Assembly (NCBI GenBank): GCA_016935125.1
Contig: JAFGRM010000060.1
Coordinates: forward strand, 1-55,275
Origin: Candidatus Woesearchaeota archaeon
Lineage (GTDB): Archaea; Nanobdellota; Nanobdellia; Woesearchaeales; DSVV01
Reading direction: 5' to 3'
DNA length: 55,275 nt
A model generated the notes under the pieces. That model was not told where the DNA came from. It did not search any database and worked only from the letters and a program-made list of their open reading frames with translations. Below, piece after piece: positions 43,627 to 51,788 of this stretch. The first letter of the stretch is position 1. The number at the start of each line of letters is the position of its first letter. Both the position numbers and the translations under genes were made by a program.

Positions 43627-44676
43627 ATGCAACCGATAAAGATTGAAAATAAGACCATTGGTGAAGGTCAGCCTGTATTCATAATTGCAGAAGCAGGTGT
43701 CAACCATAACGGAAGCCTGAAAACTGCATTAGATATGGTCAATGCTGCAAAAGAATCAGGAGCAGACGCAATCAAATTCCAGACTTTCAAGTCTGAAAGC
43801 ATAGTGACAGTAGACACACCTTCTGCCACATACCAGAAAAAGAACACGGACTCAGAAGAGACTCAGCTTGAGATGCTCAGGAGATACGAGCTCAAGGAGG
43901 ATGATTTCAAAGAGCTTAAGAGATACTGTATGGAAAGCGGCATAATATTTCTTTCTACAGCACACACAGATGATATCATAGATTTTCTTGATAATCTTGT
44001 GCCTGCACATAAGACTGGTTCGGGTGACCTGACCAACATCCCCCTTCTCAGGAAGATAGCAGAGAAAAAGAAAACCATGATAGTAGGCACAGGAATGGCT
44101 ACGATGGATGAGGTTAGGGAAAGCTTGAATGCCATACATGATGAAGGGAATAACGATGTCGTGCTGCTGCACTGCACCACATCATATCCATGCGAACCAT
44201 CTGATGCAAACCTCATGGCGATAAAGACCATGAAAGATGAACTGGGCTGCCTGGTAGGGTATTCTGACCACACCACCAGCACGATAACACCATCTGTTGC
44301 TGTTGCCCTTGGAGCGGTTGTGATCGAGAAGCACTTCACACTAGACAACAATATGCCTGGCCCTGACCACAAAGCATCATTAAACCCTGCAAAGCTCAAA
44401 GATATGATCCAGAATGTCAGGCTGACAGAGACTCTACTAGGCAAAGGCCTAAAGAAGCCATGCCAAAGCGAACTTGAGAATATAAGCTTCATAAGGAAAA
44501 GCCTTGTTGCTGCAAGAGACATCAAAAAAGGCGAGACCATTGATACCAACAATATTACTATAAAAAGGCCGGGTACAGGCATGAAGCCGGCTTCATTGTA
44601 TGAAATAGACAGGAAGAAAAAAGCGAAGAATGATATAAAAAAGGACACATTAATCAAAGAGGAGGACATAGAATGA
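43627..44676 (+). CDS. nonulosonic acid synthase (NeuB/LegI/PseI family) with C-terminal SAF domain
   Basis: PVFIIAEAGVNHNG, GYSDHT and KHFTLD; C-terminal IKKGETI..ITIKRPGTG. Start at 43627, or at 43597. Confidence 0.85.
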   Translation: MQPIKIENKTIGEGQPVFIIAEAGVNHNGSLKTALDMVNAAKESGADAIKFQTFKSESIVTVDTPSATYQKKNTDSEETQLEMLRRYELKEDDFKELKRYCMESGIIFLSTAHTDDIIDFLDNLVPAHKTGSGDLTNIPLLRKIAEKKKTMIVGTGMATMDEVRESLNAIHDEGNNDVVLLHCTTSYPCEPSDANLMAIKTMKDELGCLVGYSDHTTSTITPSVAVALGAVVIEKHFTLDNNMPGPDHKASLNPAKLKDMIQNVRLTETLLGKGLKKPCQSELENISFIRKSLVAARDIKKGETIDTNNITIKRPGTGMKPASLYEIDRKKKAKNDIKKDTLIKEEDIE

Positions 44677-45317
44677 AAGTTCTTGTTGTTGCTGCACACC
44701 CAGATGATGAAATCCTTGGGGTTGGGGGGGCACTCATCAAACATCATTGCCAAGGAGATGATATTTATGTATGCATGGTCACAAAAGCGTATGAGCCGGA
44801 GTGGTCCAAGAAATATATCAAAACAAAAAAGGATGAAGCATCAAAAGTCGACAGGCTATTAGGGATAAAAAAGAGATATTACTGCGATTTCCCAACTGTA
44901 AAATTAAATACAATTCCTCATGGAGAATTCAATAGAAAAATCGCAGAGATTATCAACGAGACATGCCCGGATGTTATCTACACACATTTCAAGAATGATG
45001 TTAACTTAGACCACAGGATAATATTCAACGCTGTGATGGTTGGGGCAAGGCCGGGCAACAGACAGATAGGAATAATCTGTTTTGAGACACCCTCATCAAC
45101 AGAATGGAGTAATGTTCCGTTCCACCCAAACCATTATGTGGATATCAAAGAGCATCTAGACAAGAAGGTAAAGGCTTTTTCGTTATATAAATCAGAGGTA
45201 AAGGCCTACCCACACCCCAGAAGCGAAAAAGGCATAAGGATATGGGCGAACAAAAGAGGGGTTGAGGTCTGCAGAGAATATGCAGAAGCATTTATTATAA
45301 TCAGGAGTTACTGGTAA
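44673..45317 (+). CDS. PIG-L/LmbE-family N-deacetylase
   Basis: VVAAHPDDEILGVGG motif and HLDH-type NLDHR. Strong SD AGAGGAGGA. ATGA overlap with the upstream gene. Confidence 0.8.
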   Translation: MKVLVVAAHPDDEILGVGGALIKHHCQGDDIYVCMVTKAYEPEWSKKYIKTKKDEASKVDRLLGIKKRYYCDFPTVKLNTIPHGEFNRKIAEIINETCPDVIYTHFKNDVNLDHRIIFNAVMVGARPGNRQIGIICFETPSSTEWSNVPFHPNHYVDIKEHLDKKVKAFSLYKSEVKAYPHPRSEKGIRIWANKRGVEVCREYAEAFIIIRSYW

Positions 45318-45318
45318 G

Positions 45319-46068
45319 ATGAGAATAGTATGGCTTTCTGCGAACAGGCTGGGTTATGAAACCCTAAAAGAAGCAGTAAAGATAAAAGATGCTGACATAG
45401 TAGGCATCATAACGCTCAGCAGCGATTTCAATACAAAGATGTATGATGGAATCCCAACCAAAGAGTGGAGCAGATTCGGAACAAAGGTCTACGAAATAAG
45501 CAAGATTAACCAGGAAAGAAAGCTCCTTGCGGAGATTGCGCCAGACATCATCATCATGTGCGGCTGGAGACAAATCATAGACAAGAGCATCTTAAGGATA
45601 CCTAAAAAAAGTGTGATAGGTTTTCATCCGACGCTGCTTCCTAAGGGCAGGGGTCCTGCACCGATAATAAACTCAATCCTAAACGGGTTTGTGACATCAG
45701 GAGTGACCATGTTTTATGTTGATGAAGGGCTCGACAACGGCGACATCATCGGACAGGTAAGGTTCAAAATAGAGAAAAACGATCATGCCTCAGATGTATA
45801 CAATAAGGTCATAACCTCCGGCAAGGAGCTGATAAGAGACTACCTGCCGAAGATAATCAAGGAGTGTGCACCGCGAATTAAGCAGGATGAGTCAAAAGCG
45901 ACGGTTTTTAAAAAGCCCTTATTATCGAGCAACGAGATAAACCCTGAGACTGACTCAATCGAAGAAATTTCAAAAAAAATCAAGGCATTATCAAGACCAT
46001 ACGAAGGAGCATACATAAGAAAAAATGGTAAAAGACTTATCATATGGGAGGCAGAGCTGATAGAATGA
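45319..46068 (+). CDS. formyltransferase (Fmt/ArnA-N-like, N- and C-terminal domains)
   Basis: VIGFHPTLLPKGRGPAPI and VDEGLDNGDI, plus a C-terminal Fmt-like domain. By my manual alignment the usual catalytic Asn is Gly here. Confidence 0.75.
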   Translation: MRIVWLSANRLGYETLKEAVKIKDADIVGIITLSSDFNTKMYDGIPTKEWSRFGTKVYEISKINQERKLLAEIAPDIIIMCGWRQIIDKSILRIPKKSVIGFHPTLLPKGRGPAPIINSILNGFVTSGVTMFYVDEGLDNGDIIGQVRFKIEKNDHASDVYNKVITSGKELIRDYLPKIIKECAPRIKQDESKATVFKKPLLSSNEINPETDSIEEISKKIKALSRPYEGAYIRKNGKRLIIWEAELIE

Positions 46069-47210
46069 GAAATATCTGCATAGTAACAGGAACCAGGTCA
46101 GAATATGGGCTATTAAAACCGGTCATTGACAAGATAATCTCTTCAGGCATACTCAAACTTTCATTAATCGTCGCAGGGATGCACTTATCAAGAGAGTTTG
46201 GCTATACCGCAAGGGATATTGAGAATGATGGAATTAGAGTGGATGCAAAGGTCATAATGAACCCTGAAGAAGACACAGGCTTATCTATGGCAAACGCTAT
46301 AGGTAAGGGCATCTGCGGTATGGCTGCCGCCCTCAACAGGATAAAACCTGACATAATCGTCGTGCTTGGAGACAGGATTGAAGCTCTCTCTGCTGTAGTA
46401 GCTGGAGCATTCATGAACATCCCAATTGCACATATACATGGTGGGGACAGTGCTAAAGCTGGTCTTGATGAATCAGTAAGGCATGCTATAACAAAGTTTG
46501 CACACATACATTTCCCTGCTACAAGAAAGAGCGCTGAAAGGATAGTCAAGATGGGTGAGGACAAGTGGAGAATATTCTGTGTAGGAGCACCAGGTCTTGA
46601 TACAATACTAAATAAAAAGCTCCTTGACAGGAAAGACCTCGAAAAGGAACTAGGAATCTCGCTAAGAGGACAGGTAATTCTGTTGGTTCAACATCCAGTA
46701 ACAACAGAGATTGAAAATGCTGAGCATGATATAACAGAAACGCTTGAAGGGGTCAGAAATTTAGGTATTAAGACAATAGCAATCTACCCCAACTCTGATG
46801 CAGGTGGGCGAAAGATAATCAAAAAGATAAAAGAATATGAAAAAAAAGGGATACTGAAAGCATATAAGAGCCTATCTCACAAGACATACCTGAGCCTACT
46901 CAAACATACATCTGTCATGGTGGGCAACTCAAGCAGTGGAATAATCGAGTCTTCATCCTTTGGGCTCCCTGTAGTGAACATAGGCATCAGGCAGGAAGGC
47001 CGGGAAAGAGCCTACAACGTGATAGATACGGCAAACGACAGAGAAAGCATCAGAAAATCAGTCAATAAAGCATTGAGCCAAGATTTCAAGAAGAACATAT
47101 GTCCCTGCAATAACCCATATGGCGACGGGAAAGCTGCTGAAAGGATAACCAAAGTCTTAAGCGAGATCAGGCTAGACAATAAACTAATACAAAAGAAGTT
47201 GACATATTGA
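46065..47210 (+). CDS. hydrolysing UDP/GDP-N-acetylhexosamine 2-epimerase (NeuC/LegG-like)
   Basis: ICIVTGTRSEYGLLKPV, VVLGDRIE and AHIHGGD. The ATG at 46065 forms an ATGA overlap with the upstream stop. Confidence 0.8.
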   Translation: MRNICIVTGTRSEYGLLKPVIDKIISSGILKLSLIVAGMHLSREFGYTARDIENDGIRVDAKVIMNPEEDTGLSMANAIGKGICGMAAALNRIKPDIIVVLGDRIEALSAVVAGAFMNIPIAHIHGGDSAKAGLDESVRHAITKFAHIHFPATRKSAERIVKMGEDKWRIFCVGAPGLDTILNKKLLDRKDLEKELGISLRGQVILLVQHPVTTEIENAEHDITETLEGVRNLGIKTIAIYPNSDAGGRKIIKKIKEYEKKGILKAYKSLSHKTYLSLLKHTSVMVGNSSSGIIESSSFGLPVVNIGIRQEGRERAYNVIDTANDRESIRKSVNKALSQDFKKNICPCNNPYGDGKAAERITKVLSEIRLDNKLIQKKLTY

Positions 47211-47215
47211 TAAAA

Positions 47216-47626
47216 ATGGGAAAAGAAGAAAGATTTGAAAGATGGGTAATGCCTGAGATAAAGGAAGGCGAACTGACAAAATGGAACTGGATGGTCCAAA
47301 ACAAAGAAGGGCTTGTACTCGGCAAGAACACCGACATCGGCGCTTTCACATATCTGAACGCCCTAAATGGTATTGAGATAAACGATAATGTCCAGATAGG
47401 CAGCCATTGTTCAATATATAGCATAAGCACAATCGATGGTAAAAATGGTAAGGTCACGATCAAGAAGAACGCTTGTATAGGCTCTCACAGCATAGTTATG
47501 CCAGGAGTTACAATCGGCGAGAATTCAATTATTGGTGCGTTCAGTTTTGTAAATAGAGACATCCCTAAAGATGTCATCGCGATGGGTGTGCCTGTAAAGG
47601 TTATCAAAAAAATAGACAATAGGTAA
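47216..47626 (+). CDS. left-handed beta-helix N-acetyltransferase (LegH/PseH-role candidate)
   Basis: Hexapeptide repeats IGSHCSIYS, IGSHSIVMPGVTIGENSIIGAFSFV. 47207 is TTG; ATG at 47216. Confidence 0.7.
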   Translation: MGKEERFERWVMPEIKEGELTKWNWMVQNKEGLVLGKNTDIGAFTYLNALNGIEINDNVQIGSHCSIYSISTIDGKNGKVTIKKNACIGSHSIVMPGVTIGENSIIGAFSFVNRDIPKDVIAMGVPVKVIKKIDNR

Positions 47627-47634
47627 AACACAAG

Positions 47635-48780
47635 ATGGAATGGAAAATACCTTTATTCAGGATAAACAATGAGGAAACTGATATCAAAGCAGTTACAGAT
47701 ATTATCAGAAGGGGAAGCTACTGGACAACAGGTCCGGAGATAAAGGAATTTGAGAGCAAGATAGCAGAATATGTAGGAAAGAAGTATGCGCTTACCTTCA
47801 ACTCAGGAACATCTGCACTCCATACCCTTCTGCTCGCCCATTCAGTAAGTGGAGGAGAAATTATCGTGCCTTCATTCACATTTATCTCAACCGCAAACGC
47901 AGTTGTGCTTGCAGGCGCACGGCCAGTTTTCGCTGAATCTGAACCTGATACCCTCGGGCTTGATGTGAAAGATGTGAAGAAACGGATTACCCCAAAGACA
48001 AAAGCGGTTATAGCGATAGACTACGGCGGCTGTATATGCAGGGATATAGATAGATTAAGAGAACTCTGCAGGGAAAAAAACATCCAGCTTATTGAGGATG
48101 CAGCTGAGTCTTTCGGATCAACTGCCAAAGACAGGATGGCTGGCTCATTGTCAGATTCAGCCATATTCTCTTTCTGTCAAAACAAGATTATAACAACAGG
48201 TGAAGGCGGTGCAGCAGTTACAGATTCCAAGGAGATATACGAGAAAATGAAGCTTATCAGATCACATGGTAGAATTGAGAATGATCAGGGCTACTTCTCA
48301 AACCCTGAAGACAGCGATTATATCGATATAGGCTACAATTACAGAATGTGTAGCATAACAGCCTCAATAGGACTTTCCCAGATTAACAGGGTTGACAAAA
48401 TTATCATGGAACGGAGGAGCATAGCCAAAGAATACAACGAAGCATTTTCAAAAATAAAAGAGATAAAGACCCCTAGCGAGCCACCTGGTTTTAAGCATGT
48501 CTATCAGATGTACAGCATACTGATAAATAAAAAAACAAAAAGAGATGCATTAAAGAAGCATCTGGAAAAAAACGGTGTGATGGTAAAAGTATATTTTAAT
48601 CCTGTACATCTCAAGACATATTATATGAAAAGATTCAACTACCACATAGGAGACCTTCCTTTTACAGAAGACATCTCAAACAGGGTGTTATCTTTGCCGA
48701 TTTATCCGGGCATAAAAAAAGAGGACCTGAAGTTCATAATTAATATTATAAATGATTTTTTCAGAAAAAGCACAAGGTGA
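47635..48780 (+). CDS. DegT-type PLP aminotransferase (LegC/PseC-like)
   Basis: IPLFRINNEE, FSFCQNKII (PLP Lys) and LSLPIYP. Confidence 0.8.
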   Translation: MEWKIPLFRINNEETDIKAVTDIIRRGSYWTTGPEIKEFESKIAEYVGKKYALTFNSGTSALHTLLLAHSVSGGEIIVPSFTFISTANAVVLAGARPVFAESEPDTLGLDVKDVKKRITPKTKAVIAIDYGGCICRDIDRLRELCREKNIQLIEDAAESFGSTAKDRMAGSLSDSAIFSFCQNKIITTGEGGAAVTDSKEIYEKMKLIRSHGRIENDQGYFSNPEDSDYIDIGYNYRMCSITASIGLSQINRVDKIIMERRSIAKEYNEAFSKIKEIKTPSEPPGFKHVYQMYSILINKKTKRDALKKHLEKNGVMVKVYFNPVHLKTYYMKRFNYHIGDLPFTEDISNRVLSLPIYPGIKKEDLKFIINIINDFFRKSTR

Positions 48781-48786
48781 ACAGCT

Positions 48787-49809
48787 ATGAAAAACATCTT
48801 CAAAGACAAGACAATCCTCGTGACAGGAGGGTGCGGCTCAATCGGTTCCGAGATAGTAAGGCAACTGCTTAAGTTCAATCCAAAAGTCATAAGGATATTC
48901 GACCATGACGAAGCAGGACATTTCAGGCTTAACCAGTCGCTTAAGGTAGATGACCCTGAAAAGACAAGAAATCTCATTGGGGATATCACTGACAGGGATA
49001 GGGTATTTAGGGCCATGGAGGATGTTGACATTGTGTTCCATGCAGCTGCTCTAAAACATGTCCCTTTCTGTGAATATAACCCTTTCGAAGCTGTTAAGAC
49101 GAATGTGATAGGTACACAGAACCTTGTCGACGCGGCAATAAAAGAAAATGTCGATATATTCGTAGGCATAAGCACTGACAAGGCTGTCAATCCCATCAAC
49201 ACAATGGGGGCTACAAAGCTCCTTGCTGAAAAGATAATAACAAACGCCCCAATAGGGAAGAGTCTTGTCAAGTTCTGTTGTGTCCGATTCGGAAATGTGC
49301 TGAATTCCTCCGGATCAGTAATCCCAATCTTCCTAAAAGAAATTGAAGAAGGGTACTCGATAAGTATAACATCAGAAAAGATGACCCGTTTTTTCATGAG
49401 CCTGCACGACTCTGTATCCCTTGTTATAAAAGCTGCAGAACTAACAGAGATGGGAGAGGTCTTTATCTTGAAGATGAACGCTATAAATATCAAAGACCTA
49501 GCCGAAGTGCTTGTAGAGGAGCTTGCACCAAGATTCAAGAAGAATCCAAAAGATTACATATACAACACAATAGGTGTTAGACCAGGTGAAAAGATGCATG
49601 AGTCTCTTATGGTCGATGAAGAAGTTAGGTATATGACCGAGAAAGAGGATATGTTCATACTCCGCAACTCGCTCCTTGCCCATTATTCATCAAAAAATGG
49701 CAGAGTGGCTGCCAAATGGGAAGAGGGTCAGGAATATAATTCTGAAAATGCGCCACTGCTTAACAAAGAACAGATCAGAAAAACACTCAAAGAAGACGGG
49801 ATAATATGA
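48787..49809 (+). CDS. NDP-N-acetylglucosamine 4,6-dehydratase (Polysacc_synt_2: PseB/LegB/PglF-like)
   Basis: KTILVTGGCGSIGSE, HAAALKHVP and STDKAVNPINTMGATKLLAEK. Confidence 0.8.
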   Translation: MKNIFKDKTILVTGGCGSIGSEIVRQLLKFNPKVIRIFDHDEAGHFRLNQSLKVDDPEKTRNLIGDITDRDRVFRAMEDVDIVFHAAALKHVPFCEYNPFEAVKTNVIGTQNLVDAAIKENVDIFVGISTDKAVNPINTMGATKLLAEKIITNAPIGKSLVKFCCVRFGNVLNSSGSVIPIFLKEIEEGYSISITSEKMTRFFMSLHDSVSLVIKAAELTEMGEVFILKMNAINIKDLAEVLVEELAPRFKKNPKDYIYNTIGVRPGEKMHESLMVDEEVRYMTEKEDMFILRNSLLAHYSSKNGRVAAKWEEGQEYNSENAPLLNKEQIRKTLKEDGII

Positions 49810-51158
49810 AGATAAAAGCAAATAATTGTGATATGATAAACGTACTAGTCATACAATGGATGAATAAGAAAGACCTGGCACCATTAAGGGAGTATATAAA
49901 AAATAAAGATACAAAGATAAGGTTAGTCAATTTTGATGAGGTATATTCTGTAAAGTATGACTATCAGAGAAGGTTCTTAAGATACTGGTCGCAACTAAAA
50001 AGGTTCAATTTAAAGAAATTGGGCATTTATTTCAATTTTATAATAAATTCTTATATCAAAAAAAATTATTCTTATAGCTTTGACAATGTCAGAAAGCTTG
50101 CAATAATGGGGCTATCATTTAAGGATTATAATAAGATTATAAAGAATAATAATATCCGGGCGATAATGATATATAGGGATGACCCTTGGCTTAACAACAT
50201 CATTCTATTCTCAAAAAGGATAGGCATAAAGGTCATCATATTGAACAACGAGCATGTCTTCGGTGAATCTGAGACAACAATCAAGGTTGTCAAATCGCTT
50301 CCTTGTAGGGGAGACCTGATTCTTGTAGGAGGAGAATCCGGAAAAAAATACTGGTCTCATTCAATAGGCATAAACAAAGAAAAGATCAAGATAGTGGGCG
50401 TATCAAGGTTTGATGCTTATCAGTCAAAAGGATACATGAGTAGAAGTGAATTCTGTAATATTTTAGGCTTGGATCAAAAGAAAAAGATAGTGTTTTTTCC
50501 ATCATTCATTAACCAATATGACCTCTATGTATATGGCCTCACAAAGTCTTCTTTGACCATGACATACAAGCCAGAAGACCTAGATTTCTGTTGGCCAATC
50601 AAGGAAACAATAAATGTCAACATGGAAAAGTATAAGGAAGACAAGATGAAACTGCTTTTTGATATTGCCAAAGAAAACAAAAATATCCAGATCATAATAA
50701 AACTTCATCCTGACCAGCAGGCAAACGAAGAGCACTGCGTAAAGCACGAGCTCATGGCAATGAACAGAGTTTTACCTAATTTTGTCGGAATCCCCGGCAT
50801 ACCAAATAGGATAACTGCCCCAGACATAATAATCAACTCAGATGTGATTGTAGGCCATGGCAGCACAATGCTTCTCGAGGCAATAATTGCAAATAAAACC
50901 ATCCTACCTACACAGTGGGATCTGCCAAACAATGAATTCCGTCTTCCAATTATTGAAAGAAAAACCTGCGAAGATGTCACAGGTAAGGATATGTTCAAGA
51001 AGAAGTTATTTAAAATATTAAGGGATGGTGAAGATGTAAAAAGGTTTGAGAAAGGAAGAAAAGAACTGATTGAGTACTACTTCGGCAAGCAGGACGGCCA
51101 GTCATGCGAAAGGATAGTAAAAGAGATAGAAAAAGAGTTTTCAAATGCAAAAGACTAA
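49806..51158 (+). CDS. hypothetical TagF/KpsS-like GT-B protein (candidate CMP-nonulosonate transferase)
   Basis: The pattern IVGVSRFD ... KKKIVFFPSF ... IIIKLHPDQ ... NSDVIVGHGSTMLLEA resembles Glyphos_transf/Capsule_synth families. ATGA overlap with the dehydratase stop. Function inferred. Confidence 0.45.
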   Translation: MKIKANNCDMINVLVIQWMNKKDLAPLREYIKNKDTKIRLVNFDEVYSVKYDYQRRFLRYWSQLKRFNLKKLGIYFNFIINSYIKKNYSYSFDNVRKLAIMGLSFKDYNKIIKNNNIRAIMIYRDDPWLNNIILFSKRIGIKVIILNNEHVFGESETTIKVVKSLPCRGDLILVGGESGKKYWSHSIGINKEKIKIVGVSRFDAYQSKGYMSRSEFCNILGLDQKKKIVFFPSFINQYDLYVYGLTKSSLTMTYKPEDLDFCWPIKETINVNMEKYKEDKMKLLFDIAKENKNIQIIIKLHPDQQANEEHCVKHELMAMNRVLPNFVGIPGIPNRITAPDIIINSDVIVGHGSTMLLEAIIANKTILPTQWDLPNNEFRLPIIERKTCEDVTGKDMFKKKLFKILRDGEDVKRFEKGRKELIEYYFGKQDGQSCERIVKEIEKEFSNAKD

Positions 51159-51766
51159 ACAGGAAAAATAGTCTCCTCACAGATAAGCAAATCAACCGGC
51201 ACATCCCATTCATTTGCATCCAGATGGTCGACGACCTGCGACTCCTTGCAGAGCCCGATAATAGTTTTCTTACCTTTTACATCAGAAAGGAACCTGTCAA
51301 AATAGCCAAGGCCCCTGCCTTTCCTGTTGAGCTTCCTGTCAAAAAGTGTCCCTGGAACTATGAACAGGTCAATCTCACCCTTATCAACCTCATTACCATC
51401 CTCTGGCTCAAAAACACCATAAGCACCTGCCTTAAGCTCATCCAAACAAGATATCCTTATGCCTGCCATTGTATAATCATCCCTGCATTTCGGAACAATA
51501 ACCCTATATCCTTTGTCAAAGAGGTAGCTTATTATCCCTGATGTATCCACCTCATCATCCTTTGGTATGAATATGAATACAGTCTTGGCACCCTTAAGAA
51601 ATGGGATAAGGCAATCGAGTATCTTTTTCCCTCTTATAATCCCTTTATTTCTCCCTCTTAAGATACCTTTATCTCTCTCTCCGGTGATTCCTTTATATCT
51701 CCTTTTTGTGATACCTTTACCCTGCAGACTGCATATCTTACCAGTACTGTCTATCGTACTTCCCAT
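51155..51766 (-). CDS. 5-formyltetrahydrofolate cyclo-ligase with a repeat-containing N-terminus
   Basis: EVDTSGII, IVPK, GVFEP, IDLFIVPGTLFDRKLNRKGRGLGYFDRFL and DVPVDLLICE. 51829 is TTG; the ATG at 51766 lies 23 nt from TTTATAAA (another ATG at 51811). Confidence 0.7.
   Translation of the reverse strand: MGSTIDSTGKICSLQGKGITKRRYKGITGERDKGILRGRNKGIIRGKKILDCLIPFLKGAKTVFIFIPKDDEVDTSGIISYLFDKGYRVIVPKCRDDYTMAGIRISCLDELKAGAYGVFEPEDGNEVDKGEIDLFIVPGTLFDRKLNRKGRGLGYFDRFLSDVKGKKTIIGLCKESQVVDHLDANEWDVPVDLLICEETIFPV
51623..51718 (-). repeat. 4 x 24-bp imperfect tandem repeat encoding KGITKRRY/KGITGERD/KGILRGRN/KGIIRGKK
   Basis: Units at 51695-51718, 51671-51694, 51647-51670 and 51623-51646, read directly from the sequence. 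Confidence 0.85.
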
Positions 51767-51788
51767 AAACAGGCATAAATTCAATATC

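Noticed and set aside
11787-51158. Whether the glycan locus is a bounded mobile or integrative element next to the 5S rRNA gene.
   Set aside because: I found no integrase, transposase, tRNA target, terminal inverted repeats or flanking direct repeats. Only comparative genomics can decide, so I report it as a possible variable-region boundary and not as a mobile element.
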